Assembly (NCBI GenBank): GCA_035506215.1
Contig: DATJPW010000191.1
Span: forward strand, 5,689 to 69,688
DNA length: 64,000 nucleotides
Reading direction: 5' to 3'
From: Desulfomonilaceae bacterium
GTDB lineage: Bacteria > Desulfobacterota > Desulfomonilia > Desulfomonilales > Desulfomonilaceae
Shown here: piece after piece, positions 9,073 through 18,928 of the stretch
Layout: the number at the start of each line of letters is the position of its first letter
Position numbering within the stretch: the first letter of the stretch is position 1
The notes under the pieces: generated by a model
The model's input: the letters and a program-made list of their open reading frames with translations, nothing else
The model's database searches: none
Told to the model about the DNA's origin: nothing
Made by a program: the position numbers and the translations under genes

Positions 9073-9438
9073 CTAAAGCATGCGATAACAAACTCCCAGG
9101 ACAGTAGCAGCCTCTGCCAGGCGACGGTCTGAGGTCCAAAGGGAAATGTCCGAAATCACCGCGGAACCAAGCAGGTGAACGTCTACATACGCCAGGCCCT
9201 TACCCATCAAATGGTTGTTTTCGATGAAAGTCAGTATTTCTTCGTGACTTGCCACCTCTGCTGGCGGAAGGTCATGCAATAGTGACAAGATTTCAATTCG
9301 GTTCGTGAGATTTCCACATGCCAATTCGCCGATTACAAATGGGTGACACCACACCACCCCTTCATTGAGCAAGTCGGCCAGCCGATCGTTCCCCTCGCGC
9401 AGATGCGAGACCCAAATAGAAGTATCTACCAGGACCAT
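9073..9438 (-). CDS. vapC: type II toxin VapC (PIN domain ribonuclease)
   Basis: MVLVDTSIWVSHL N-terminus typical of PIN/VapC, 121 aa. The start lies 1 nt after the vapB stop. Confidence 0.85.
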   Translation of the reverse strand: MVLVDTSIWVSHLREGNDRLADLLNEGVVWCHPFVIGELACGNLTNRIEILSLLHDLPPAEVASHEEILTFIENNHLMGKGLAYVDVHLLGSAVISDISLWTSDRRLAEAATVLGVCYRML

Positions 9439-9439
9439 C

Positions 9440-9646
9440 TCAGACGTCCTCGGTTGTTCGTCGCCTCGGCTGTTCTAAGTTCTTTTCGGTTCCGCCGAGT
9501 TTGGCTAATCTCCTGCCGCTTTCGCGGGCTATCAAGGCCTCCAGGCCCAGCCTCACCAGAGAAGTTTTTTGCTTAACCCCCGTGAGCTTCGATGCTTTCG
9601 CGATCAAGTCATCCTCGATGATCAAAGTAGTCCTCATGGCACGCAC
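9440..9646 (-). CDS. vapB: type II antitoxin VapB
   Basis: MRTTLIIEDDLIAKA... antitoxin signature, 65-68 aa, directly upstream of vapC. The start may be the second ATG, at 9637. Confidence 0.8.
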   Translation of the reverse strand: MRAMRTTLIIEDDLIAKASKLTGVKQKTSLVRLGLEALIARESGRRLAKLGGTEKNLEQPRRRTTEDV

Positions 9647-9667
9647 TCCCGGTATATGGAATAAAAT

Positions 9668-9683
9668 ATGTATAATTATGCAT
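9668..9683. promoter_or_regulatory. near-perfect 16-bp palindrome, candidate VapB operator/promoter
   Basis: ATGTATAATTATGCAT (two mismatches from perfect dyad symmetry), about 25 nt upstream of vapB in an AT-rich stretch. Confidence 0.35.
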
Positions 9684-9912
9684 CATTCATATGTATTTAG
9701 CAAGGCCCTAAGGATGGGTGAACAACGGAAGCCGCATCGCTCCACTTCTTTTCGTGAGTTAGCTCGGTGGGGCGCTCGATTCAACGCATCCTATGGGCTC
9801 CATCCATAATACCCAGTTAATACAATGCCTTACCCACACCGCTTCCTTGACTGCTTCCTATAGATGTGTTATAAATGGTTCCGCGGAAACGGTTTCGCGT
9901 CGGAGTGATAGC

Positions 9913-11211
9913 ATGTTGTCGTCCCGTGACCGAGCCCTGGAAGACAATTACGAAGAGACCGTAATGTTTTTGTGCGGCCTTGAACGGTTCGGCATATTGT
10001 TAGGGCTGGAAAACATAAGCCTCCTTCTCGCGCAACTGGGCAGTCCTCAAAAAACTTTCCCGGCCATTCACGTGGCAGGCAGCAACGGGAAAGGTTCAAC
10101 AGCGTCGTTCATATTCAATATTTTGCGTGAGGCAGGGTATAAGGCCGCTCTGTACACTTCGCCTCACCTCAATGATTTCCGTGAACGCATAAGGATTAAC
10201 GGCTCACTGGTGTCGAAAGAGGCGGTCATCAAATCGACCGAAAAGATCCGGGAGGTTTATAACCCGGAGCGCACCACCTTCTTCGAGTTTACTACGGCAA
10301 TTGCCTTCGATTGCATAGCCCGCGCCAAACCGGATATGGCCGTAATAGAGGTGGGACTTGGAGGTCGTCTTGACGCCACCAACATCCTGGAACCGCTTGT
10401 CACGGTGATCACGGACATCTCCCGAGAGCATGAGGATTACCTGGGCACGGGCATAGCCGCGGTCGCGAGAGAAAAGGCGGGCATTATCAAGTCACATGTC
10501 CCGCTCATAACCGGCGCAGGGAGGAGCGAAGCTCGCAGGGTCATCCTCGAAGCCGCTCGGAACGCGTCCGCAACGGTGAAGGAGTTCGGTAAGAACTTCG
10601 TGGGGCTAAGGACAAGTCTCAATGTTTTTACCTATAAATCCAACAGACTGGTGCTGGAGGACATTTCTCTTACAATGCCGGGCAGCCATCAAATGAAGAA
10701 CGCGGCCCTCGCCTGTGCGGTCGTGGAAGAGCTTCGTGATCAGGGTTACCAGATTCCCGAACTCGCAATTCGGAACGGCATCCGAAAGACTTCGTTCCCA
10801 GGCCGTTTTGAGATCCTCCGGAAACAACCGGATGTAATAATTGACGGGGCCCACACGCTCGAGGGGATGAGGCTGCTGAAAAGCACTTTCCGGCAACTCT
10901 ACCCGGAAGTTAAAGCGCTGTTGCTACTGGGCATGCTCAAGGACAAGAACTACGAAGCATTGGTTAACATCATTGCGCCAATAGCCCGAGAAGTGGTTTG
11001 TGTACCCCCTCAAGGGCCGCGCGCGCTGGACCCGGCCGAGCTGGCCTCGCTGATTAGCAAACGAGGAATTCCCGTAACCTCAGCGGCGAGTATTTCGGAA
11101 GGATTTGACATGCTTCTGAAAAAGGCCAAGAAACAAGACGTCCTACTCGCTGCGGGTTCGCTGTATATGATAGGTCCGGTCAGACGAGCCTGCGGGTTCA
11201 AGGATGATTGA
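9913..11211 (+). CDS. folC: bifunctional folylpolyglutamate synthase / dihydrofolate synthase
   Basis: HVAGSNGKGST P-loop of Mur-ligase/FolC type and about 432 aa from ATG 9913. Confidence 0.85.
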   Translation: MLSSRDRALEDNYEETVMFLCGLERFGILLGLENISLLLAQLGSPQKTFPAIHVAGSNGKGSTASFIFNILREAGYKAALYTSPHLNDFRERIRINGSLVSKEAVIKSTEKIREVYNPERTTFFEFTTAIAFDCIARAKPDMAVIEVGLGGRLDATNILEPLVTVITDISREHEDYLGTGIAAVAREKAGIIKSHVPLITGAGRSEARRVILEAARNASATVKEFGKNFVGLRTSLNVFTYKSNRLVLEDISLTMPGSHQMKNAALACAVVEELRDQGYQIPELAIRNGIRKTSFPGRFEILRKQPDVIIDGAHTLEGMRLLKSTFRQLYPEVKALLLLGMLKDKNYEALVNIIAPIAREVVCVPPQGPRALDPAELASLISKRGIPVTSAASISEGFDMLLKKAKKQDVLLAAGSLYMIGPVRRACGFKDD

Positions 11212-13640
11212 ATGAAGATCGCTTTGCTTCGCTCTCAATGACAAATCAATCAGCCAGAAGGACAAAGAAGTCCTGCGGAATTCTTGCGGTGGGGCCTTAT
11301 ATCAACAGGAAAATCTCAATTAATCGCTACCGACGGGACACGCGCGTCGGTGAATCACCACGATGCTGTGGGTCGCAACGGCAGCGACTGCTATGGTGTT
11401 TTACAGCCTTAATGTTTTGCGCGGCCCTGTCAACTGTCCCTCTCCGCCTTCATGCGGCGCCCGTGACGGCCCAAAAAACCTCGGATGACGTTACACCCAA
11501 AGAATCGGCAATAATTCCAACGGACATCCCGGTTCAGATTTCCGCAGAGAGGCTTTCATTCAATTATCAAACCAATACCTATACCGCGCGGGGCAATGTT
11601 ACGGTCAGTCAAGGGAATACCCGGCTTCGAGCCGACAGTATAGCGTACGAGGGAGACACCGGTAATCTTACGGCCTCAGGCGGAGTAATCGTGCGTACCG
11701 GTGGCGATGTGGTTGAGGCAGACAAAATCACCATAAAACTTAGTGCCGGGACCGGAGTAATGGTCAACGGAAAGCTGTTTCTCACTCGTAACAACATTTA
11801 CCTGGAAGGTAAGAAACTGGAGAAAACGGGTGATTCCAGCTACGTTGTTGAAGACGGCAGCTTCACCACCTGCAACGGGCCCACTCCCGACTGGAGGATT
11901 ACAGGAAAAGACCTGGACGTAACGCTTGAAGGTTACGGCACGTTGAGACACGGGTTCTTTTACATTAAAAATATTCCGGTCTTTTATCTCCCGTGGATGG
12001 TGTATCCTGCAAAGCGGCAGCGACAGACCGGCTTCCTCATGCCGACGCTTGGAAACAGCAGCATCCGCGGATTTGACTTTAGGTTGCCTTTTTTCATTAG
12101 CTTTTCACCTAGCGTGGACTCCACGATTATGCCGCGAATTTGCACGAACCGGGCCGCGCAGGTAGGGCTGGAGTTCCGATATAACCCGTATGAAGACATA
12201 CAAGGCTTTTTTTACGGCGAGTACACCTATGACTGGAAATACGAGACCGATGCGACAGCCAAAAATCACCGCTTTTACGTCACCGGCCGCCACGAGCAGG
12301 AGTTCGTGGGAAAGGTCAGATTAAAGGCAAATGGGAGTTGGGTATCGGATCGGGATTATTTCGAGTTCTGGGGTACTAGATTCGACAGGCGGCTTCGGTT
12401 CCGCTATTTGGAGTCAAACGCCGTTGTATACAGACAGTGGGACGATTTCCTGGTGCAAGCGGAGGCAAGGCATTTTGACAATCTGGACTTGCCCAATAAT
12501 GCCCTGACGATCCAGAATATGCCCACCGTTACAGGCACCGCATTCTTCCAGCAGATTCCCTACACGCCGTTTTATTTTAGTTCGGACCTCGCGTTCGATC
12601 ATTACTTTGCCCCGGTCATGGATAAACAATGGATGGGTAGCCGTGTTCAGGCAGATACCCGACTTAGCTTGCCGATCTCATTCGGGCGCTATCTCAAGCT
12701 GGAACCGGCCATGACCTACTTCGCGAAGGCCTATTCGGCTGATTATTATGATCGAGACAAGAGTATAGCGTCTGTCCGCGCTGCTCGAACCGACTTGTAT
12801 CAAATCAACGCGGACCTGTTCACCGACTGGAACGCAGTCTACGGAGGCGGGTTGTTCGGGTTTGAAAAGATCAAACACTCCGTTCGACCCCGTTTCTCAT
12901 GGGTCTACCGACCGTTTGCCAAGCCCGGCACTTTCCCATATTTTGACGATACCGACCGGATGGACCAAGTGAGTCTGCTGACAGCAGAGTTGCGTCAGAG
13001 CCTGACCGGCCGAGTCGGGCCACACGATTACCTTGATTTTTTCACTTTGAGCGTCTCGCAGGGTTACGATTTTCAGAGTGCCCGGTCGCCGGCCGATCCT
13101 TTGGGTGAGAGATATCCTCTTAAGTACCGTTTGACCAATACCCAAGCGGAACTGATACTAAAACCTCATACGCTGATAGATCTCAGCGCTCAGGCGGAAT
13201 ATGATCCGGCTTTCAACAGGGCCCGCAGATATAGTGTAAACATGGGGCTCATGGATCATCGTGGAGACTTGTTGCGTGTACTTCACCAGTTTACTGAAGG
13301 CGACAGACAGGAAGACTTGAATCGACAGACTAATGTGAACCTTCAATTGAAACTGACTTCAAGCCTTGATTGCTTTTTCGAGAATCAATACACTCATCAA
13401 TTCAACTTTTCATATTTTACGAGCCTTGGTGTCAGCTATCATCCGCAGTGCTGGAATATTCTATTGAGGTATTCAGAAATTCGCGAGCAGGACCCGGTAA
13501 CCCGAAAAATCAAAGAACCGGACCAGACTGTTTTTGTGACCCTTTCGCTATATGGGCTTGGCCAGATTTACCAGTTCAGCCGGGATTGGGCAGAGATCCT
13601 GGGCCACAGCCCCGCGCAAACGCCTATCTCTTCACGATGA
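11208..13640 (+). CDS. lptD: LPS-assembly outer membrane protein LptD (start uncertain)
   Basis: OstA-like N-terminal domain (RLRADSIAYEGDTGNLTASGGVIV), GFLMPTLGNSSIRGFDFRLPFF motif, and a signal-like segment ending LHA-AP. The TTG at 11208 overlaps the folC stop; alternative ATG at 11238. Confidence 0.8.
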   Translation: MNEDRFASLSMTNQSARRTKKSCGILAVGPYINRKISINRYRRDTRVGESPRCCGSQRQRLLWCFTALMFCAALSTVPLRLHAAPVTAQKTSDDVTPKESAIIPTDIPVQISAERLSFNYQTNTYTARGNVTVSQGNTRLRADSIAYEGDTGNLTASGGVIVRTGGDVVEADKITIKLSAGTGVMVNGKLFLTRNNIYLEGKKLEKTGDSSYVVEDGSFTTCNGPTPDWRITGKDLDVTLEGYGTLRHGFFYIKNIPVFYLPWMVYPAKRQRQTGFLMPTLGNSSIRGFDFRLPFFISFSPSVDSTIMPRICTNRAAQVGLEFRYNPYEDIQGFFYGEYTYDWKYETDATAKNHRFYVTGRHEQEFVGKVRLKANGSWVSDRDYFEFWGTRFDRRLRFRYLESNAVVYRQWDDFLVQAEARHFDNLDLPNNALTIQNMPTVTGTAFFQQIPYTPFYFSSDLAFDHYFAPVMDKQWMGSRVQADTRLSLPISFGRYLKLEPAMTYFAKAYSADYYDRDKSIASVRAARTDLYQINADLFTDWNAVYGGGLFGFEKIKHSVRPRFSWVYRPFAKPGTFPYFDDTDRMDQVSLLTAELRQSLTGRVGPHDYLDFFTLSVSQGYDFQSARSPADPLGERYPLKYRLTNTQAELILKPHTLIDLSAQAEYDPAFNRARRYSVNMGLMDHRGDLLRVLHQFTEGDRQEDLNRQTNVNLQLKLTSSLDCFFENQYTHQFNFSYFTSLGVSYHPQCWNILLRYSEIREQDPVTRKIKEPDQTVFVTLSLYGLGQIYQFSRDWAEILGHSPAQTPISSR

Positions 13641-13796
13641 GGGTGGATGTCGATGGAAATAGTTTGCAGACCTCCCGTCCTGCATGGATTTCCATAGATT
13701 TCTTCATAGAACTTGAGTTCTTGTGGGTGGTCCGGGGTCCCGCGGCGTTCCGGCATTGAAAAAGCTCCCCGGACGTTCCTGCCCTGTCTTTCCCTT

Positions 13797-14666
13797 TCAT
13801 TCATAGATAAGAAACACCCCGATTGCCATCACGGAAGCCCCTGTGAGGCGGTAGCTAATGTTCTCTTCGTGGAAGAGTAGCCTGCCCAGGATGACGCCGA
13901 AAACCAGGCTCAATCTTTTTACGGAGATCATGTATGCCACAGGCGCCAAGCTCAAGGATAGAAAATGTGTAAGCTGTGCTCCAGCCATCAACAATCCCCC
14001 CAGCATAAACAAAGGGACGGCGTCTCTGTTGAGGCCTTGCCTGCTTACTCCCATCCGGAAACGCAATAGGTTTATGACCGCAAACGCAATCGCGGCACAG
14101 ATAACCAGAACAGCGCCAAATGGAATCGCACCGTAAAGCAGAATACCTTTCTTGCCCAATGCGGATGTGACTGACCAGGCAAAGGCCACCAACAGCATTC
14201 GTCTGCAACCCGGCTCAACGAATATCGCTTGGATAGGAGCAATCAGGCTTCTATTCAGCAAGTCCCCGTTCAAGATGTAGGCTCCGATTGTGACCAAACC
14301 AATTCCCGCGGCCCCTCTCACGCTGATGCTTTCCCCCAGCAGCACTGACGAAGTCAGAATCGTCAGGACAGGTGTGAACGCCAGCAACGGCAAGGTCAAT
14401 GAAATCGGAGCCATTCGCAGCGCGGAAAGGAAAAGGTAGTAAGCACATATTTCCAGCGGCAAGGCTATTATGATTAACAAGATGAGATCCTGCGAGACAG
14501 GCATCAAATCCTGTGACAAGAAAAGCGGCGTCAGAACCAGCGCCGCTATGCTCAGCATCACGGAGCCGGTTAACCATTCGTCGTTGTCCCACATTATCCG
14601 CTTGGAGACTGCATCGGAGCATGCTGTCAAGAAAGCGCAGCCCAGTGCGAGCACAAACCAGCTCAT
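13797..14666 (-). CDS. EamA/DMT-family transporter
   Basis: 289 aa, about 10 TM helices, with the two-fold EamA-like repeat pattern. Confidence 0.7.
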   Translation of the reverse strand: MSWFVLALGCAFLTACSDAVSKRIMWDNDEWLTGSVMLSIAALVLTPLFLSQDLMPVSQDLILLIIIALPLEICAYYLFLSALRMAPISLTLPLLAFTPVLTILTSSVLLGESISVRGAAGIGLVTIGAYILNGDLLNRSLIAPIQAIFVEPGCRRMLLVAFAWSVTSALGKKGILLYGAIPFGAVLVICAAIAFAVINLLRFRMGVSRQGLNRDAVPLFMLGGLLMAGAQLTHFLSLSLAPVAYMISVKRLSLVFGVILGRLLFHEENISYRLTGASVMAIGVFLIYE

Positions 14667-14682
14667 GGGGTGTGTACCGACC

Positions 14683-15138
14683 TTAATCTATGCTCGAAGA
14701 TTCGAGGCGGCGCTTGATCCGGCCCAGATGGGACCCTTCCCAGTATATCCGCCCGCACTTGGGACATTCGTGGAACTCCGATTTCATGCGAATGATCATT
14801 TTCGGGACTCGCCCGACCACCTGGGTTCTCGGAATTTCGATCACAGGGACATTGCAAATTACGCACCTGGTGAAAAACCGATCCGGGTCAGCTCGCAGCT
14901 CAAGTTCGGACAACACCTGCTTCAACTGCTGCATAGGGTCCTTAGCTGTGACGGTGACCACTCTGGGATCTCCGCTTAATTCCCTGGGTGTTACAAAATA
15001 CCGGCCAGGTGACGGAACGGACCTTGGATATGCCGCGTCAAACCCGAGTATCCGCAACCACTTGGCTAACCGTCCCAGAGTTCCGTCAACGTCGAAATAT
15101 GGCTGCTGGGTGGTGAATTTCTTGGAATTAATTTCCAT
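14683..15138 (-). CDS. Mut7-C RNase domain protein (DUF82)
   Basis: GTLGRLAKWLRILGFDA N-terminal motif plus a C-terminal zinc ribbon (RCVICN ... CPKCGRIYWEGSH). Confidence 0.75.
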   Translation of the reverse strand: MEINSKKFTTQQPYFDVDGTLGRLAKWLRILGFDAAYPRSVPSPGRYFVTPRELSGDPRVVTVTAKDPMQQLKQVLSELELRADPDRFFTRCVICNVPVIEIPRTQVVGRVPKMIIRMKSEFHECPKCGRIYWEGSHLGRIKRRLESSSID

Positions 15139-15252
15139 GAGTCCTGATAACAGATCACGTCAAAGTGGTTGCGCGCGGCTCCATCGTGCAGGAACCTGCG
15201 GATTGCCACTCCTATGTGTTCGGATCTCCAATATCTTTGGGCATAGATTGGT

Positions 15253-16062
15253 TTAGGCGGCAGCCTTATCCAATGAAAGGGGCTGAGTCTCAACAATTTT
15301 TTCTTTGTGCCCCACAACAAGCAGGTCCGATGCCAGACGCGGATAACGTCCCGCAATTAGCAGGATCGTTCGTCGGTACCAAGCATAATTCTCAAGACGT
15401 CGCATCAAGCGAATTCTATTGCGGAATAAACGAAATCCGGTAATTCCGGTAATGTGAAATTTAGCCGAGCTAATCTGCTCAATCAGCGATTGAAAAGAAT
15501 AGTAGGTTATCCTACAGGCCCTTTCTGCCTCTTTCCAATTCGATTGCACGTCCAAGGCGATGGCAGTTCGCTCTTTATAGATTCTTCTCATGAGCCTCTT
15601 CGTTACCGAGAAGAGCTTTGGGAGTGCGCTGATGGGGTTATAAACAAATAATTTTCCACTAACAGTCAACACGCGATAAAATTCAGCAAGCGCTTCAGCG
15701 GCATTGGGCAAATACATGAGGACTTCATTGCACACTACTATATCAAAAGACCCGCTTTCAAACGGAAGACCATCAACGAGATTGACCTGGAAAAGCCCTT
15801 CGTACGCTTCTTTTGTTGCAGCTTGCCTGAGCTGATTCGGCCACAGGTCCACTCCAAAAAGCCTGCATCCCGCTTCCGCTCCACAAAAAACAGCGAGATT
15901 GCCCGGACCGCAACCGACGTCCAGGATGCGAAGAGGTGCGGGCACAGACAGCCGTTCGCGTAAAATCGCTTCAGCGAGACAAGGGAAATGTGCAAATTTC
16001 AGGTGCTGACTGAAACCTTCTCGCATTATCCACGGGATCTTTTTGGCAACAGCTTTCTTCAC
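15253..16062 (-). CDS. class I SAM-dependent methyltransferase
   Basis: ILDVGCGPGNL motif I and an acidic motif II (FGVD). Confidence 0.75.
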   Translation of the reverse strand: MKKAVAKKIPWIMREGFSQHLKFAHFPCLAEAILRERLSVPAPLRILDVGCGPGNLAVFCGAEAGCRLFGVDLWPNQLRQAATKEAYEGLFQVNLVDGLPFESGSFDIVVCNEVLMYLPNAAEALAEFYRVLTVSGKLFVYNPISALPKLFSVTKRLMRRIYKERTAIALDVQSNWKEAERACRITYYSFQSLIEQISSAKFHITGITGFRLFRNRIRLMRRLENYAWYRRTILLIAGRYPRLASDLLVVGHKEKIVETQPLSLDKAAA

Positions 16063-16337
16063 GGCACCGCCTGCGCAAGAGAATTATTTATATCAAGTGG
16101 GCGAAAATCTGTCAAGGAAAGTTCGCTTCTGAAGGGGTTTACAAGATTTCCACATAATGTTTTGAAAATCTCATGAAAACGAGTAACCATTCTCTCATAC
16201 GAGGGCGGATCAGCCGGAAGAGCCGGAGATTTATCACTGCCTCTGTGTTCTCGGCGATAACATAATATTATTCAACCTCTCCGGCCTTCCGTGTAACTGA
16301 ACAGAGACAGTACAAAATCGAAAAAGAGGGTTGCACC

Positions 16338-16706
16338 ATGAAAATCAAAATCAGTATCGGAAGCCTTTCTATGGAGGCGGAGTTGAACAGCACGCCGACA
16401 GCTCAAAAGGTAGCGAACGCCTTGCCCCTAAAGTCGAATTTCAGCACGTGGGGTGACGAAATTTATTTTTCCATTCCGGTGTCGGCGTCGTTAGAATCCA
16501 ACGCGCGAGCGGTGGTCGAGCTTGGCGACATTGGTTACTGGCCGCAGGGGGCTGCATTCTGTATCTTCTTCGGGCAAACGCCCATGAGTTCGCCAGGCAA
16601 AATAATCCCGGCCTCACCGGTAAATGTCATAGGTAAAATTCTGGGCGACGCCACGAAATTCAAAGAAGTGATGCACGAAAGGCAAGTGGTGGTAGAAGCA
16701 GGGTAA
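16338..16706 (+). CDS. cyclophilin-like fold protein (TM1367-like)
   Basis: 122 aa; MKIKI...AELNSTPTAQKV...WGDEIYF...GDIGYWPQGAAFCIFFG pattern. Confidence 0.55.
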   Translation: MKIKISIGSLSMEAELNSTPTAQKVANALPLKSNFSTWGDEIYFSIPVSASLESNARAVVELGDIGYWPQGAAFCIFFGQTPMSSPGKIIPASPVNVIGKILGDATKFKEVMHERQVVVEAG

Positions 16707-16722
16707 GAAGATAGCATTGGCT

Positions 16723-16787
16723 AAGAGTTTTCTGGGGGACACTTCTTTGCAAAAAAGTGTCCCCCAGACCCCCTTCAAAAAACTCCT
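16723..16787 (+). repeat. REP/MITE-like palindromic element, copy 4 (forward)
   Basis: AAGAGTTTTCTGGGGGACACTTCTTTGCAAAAAAGTGTCCCCCAGACCCCCTTCAAAAAACTCCT. Terminal inverted repeat AAGAGTTTT/AAAACTCCT. Starts 16 nt after the stop of the + strand gene. Confidence 0.9.
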
Positions 16788-16929
16788 GTACGATAGCCGC
16801 GAACCAACAAGTAGACGAGAGGCTTGGTTGACCGCACACGTAGTTAATCGTGCGGGGCCTCAAAATTGACACACTCTGTTATGGTCCCACGCTGTTGGTC
16901 GGGTCTTGCCCGCCGTGTCACAAATATAT

Positions 16930-16993
16930 AAGAGTTTTTGGGGAGGGGCTTGGGGAAGGCGTTTTTGCAAAAATACCCTCACCAAGAACTCTT
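16930..16993 (-). repeat. REP/MITE-like palindromic element, copy 5 (reverse)
   Basis: AAGAGTTTTTGGGGAGGGGCTTGGGGAAGGCGTTTTTGCAAAAATACCCTCACCAAGAACTCTT. Perfect 7-bp termini AAGAGTT/AACTCTT. Ends 4 nt from the stop of the - strand multicopper oxidase gene. Confidence 0.85.
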
Positions 16994-16997
16994 GAAA

Positions 16998-18620
16998 CTA
17001 TATTCCTCGTCGCGGGAGCGGGGGGTCTCCTTCGACGACCAGAATAGCCATACCGGTAGCCAAGTGCCACTCAATATGGCAATGAAAGAACCAGAACCCG
17101 GGATTATCGGCCTCCCACTGCACGACAGCCCAAGACTTGCGGGGTATGCTGAGAGTATCTTTTTGGATGGGATCTCTCTCGTTAAGGGCTTGCCCGTTAT
17201 AGTTGCCTGCGTCTTCGGCTCCCACCCCCAGCACGTGGAAGTAGTGTCCGTGCAGATGAAATGGATGACTCATCTTTGATTGATTGTTAATAACCAGGCG
17301 AACGACATCCCCTTGCTTGAGTCTCATTTGTGTGACAGGTGGGTCCGGCGGATTCCGGTCCGCTGTCAACGGTTTCTTGGGCAACTCGAAGATCTGTCCG
17401 TTGACCATCCACTTGTACGGCATCATCGACCCTGTGAGTAGGAGGAGCTTGTTCGTCGTTGGCCCCGTAATCTTCCGGAGCGCATACGGCTTGAGGTCCC
17501 CCAACTTGAGAGACGCGCCCCAGGTGGCTTTTGTCTGGGGCAGCGCTTGAGGAGCGCCTTTGTATCTTAGCACCGCAAGAGCATGGTCTTCTCTATTCTC
17601 CTCCAGAGTTTTGGCTCGAATCCAATAATTAGCCGCGGGCCGGTCTGCGTTCACGACAACATCGTATCGCTCCCCAACGTCGATGATCAGGTTGTTCACA
17701 TCGAGGGGCCTGGTCAGTGCGCCGTCAGTGGCAATGACGGACAGTTTGTGTTCGTCAATGGCAAATCGGAATGCGTAGGTGGATGAGGCATTAATGATCC
17801 GAAATCGAATTCGATCCTTCGCTTTGACTTCATAAGTTTCCAGAGGCCCTTCAGAGCTTGAATCAAATCTTCCCTTACCGTTGATCAAGGCCGATTCAAA
17901 CGGCACGTCACCAACATCGGGCATACCTTCCGAGTCCATGTCCATCATCATTTTCGCACCTTTTTTGTCGGTAGCCGTGCCCATGTCCATTTTCATACCT
18001 TTTTGCTCAGAGGTCATGCGCATGTACGCACCCCTTTTCAGGTTCGCCAAAATCTGTTCCGCGGGGATGTGGAACCAATCGTTGATCATGATGATGCGAT
18101 CGTAATCGTAGTCGTTCTTATATGGATCGTTGTTTTCTTCGATGATTAAAGGGCCGAACAACCCGTCGGAGTACTGGAGTCCGGCGTGAGAGTGATACCA
18201 ATGAGTCCCGGCCGGATAAGCCCTGAATCTGTATGTGTAGCAATCGCGGGGTTGAATGGCGGCCTGCGAGATCCTCTCCACACCATCCATAAACCAGGTA
18301 CCGTTCTGGTGCATGCCGTGCCAGTGTATCGTGGTTGGTTGCGGCAAGTTGTTGCACAAGGTAACTGCGATCTCCTCACCTTCCTTGGCACGTATCGTGG
18401 GACCTGGAAACATGCCGTTTATCGCCAGGATGCCTCCTTCTTTTGGCTTTGAGTCTGGCCATTTTGCAGGCTTCAGTATCCCCGTTTTGAATTCAAATTG
18501 TCTCTTACCTTCCTGTGCCGCCATGACGAGCGGTAAGGTCCCGCGCCGTATGAGCGCTACGCCGGTCAGACCTGCCGCTACGATAAGGAACTTCCTCCTT
18601 GTCAGAGTAATTGCGCCCAT
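16998..18620 (-). CDS. multicopper oxidase (Tat-exported, CueO/laccase-like)
   Basis: Copper-site motifs HWHGMHQ, HSHAGLQ, HPFHLHGH and HCHIEWHLATGM. Twin-arginine leader TRRKFLIVAAG. Confidence 0.9.
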   Translation of the reverse strand: MGAITLTRRKFLIVAAGLTGVALIRRGTLPLVMAAQEGKRQFEFKTGILKPAKWPDSKPKEGGILAINGMFPGPTIRAKEGEEIAVTLCNNLPQPTTIHWHGMHQNGTWFMDGVERISQAAIQPRDCYTYRFRAYPAGTHWYHSHAGLQYSDGLFGPLIIEENNDPYKNDYDYDRIIMINDWFHIPAEQILANLKRGAYMRMTSEQKGMKMDMGTATDKKGAKMMMDMDSEGMPDVGDVPFESALINGKGRFDSSSEGPLETYEVKAKDRIRFRIINASSTYAFRFAIDEHKLSVIATDGALTRPLDVNNLIIDVGERYDVVVNADRPAANYWIRAKTLEENREDHALAVLRYKGAPQALPQTKATWGASLKLGDLKPYALRKITGPTTNKLLLLTGSMMPYKWMVNGQIFELPKKPLTADRNPPDPPVTQMRLKQGDVVRLVINNQSKMSHPFHLHGHYFHVLGVGAEDAGNYNGQALNERDPIQKDTLSIPRKSWAVVQWEADNPGFWFFHCHIEWHLATGMAILVVEGDPPLPRRGI

Positions 18621-18928
18621 TTTGAAATTCCTCCCAGGAGTGCCGTTAAGACTTGTGTACGATCAAGGTCCGATGACCTTGGCAGCGTGCCGCACTTCGA
18701 CACCCTTCTCCCTATAGACATGCAATGTGGTCATTCGATCTTGCGCGTCCGTCATTCCCGCGTGTGCAGGAACCCGGAACGAATTGTGGTGGACATTCGG
18801 TTACCCAATGCTGTTAAATTAAGGCGATTGACATATGGCGGATGCCAACATGAGGCGTCGGACGCATGTGTTTATCAATGGCGGATTATCAGTTGCCTAT
18901 GGACAATGAAAAGGAGAAGGAAATAGCC

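Noticed and set aside
17284-18717. Several + strand ORFs (up to 153 aa) antisense to the multicopper oxidase gene.
   Set aside because: The minus-strand frame carries all four copper-binding motifs and a Tat signal. The antisense ORFs have no features.
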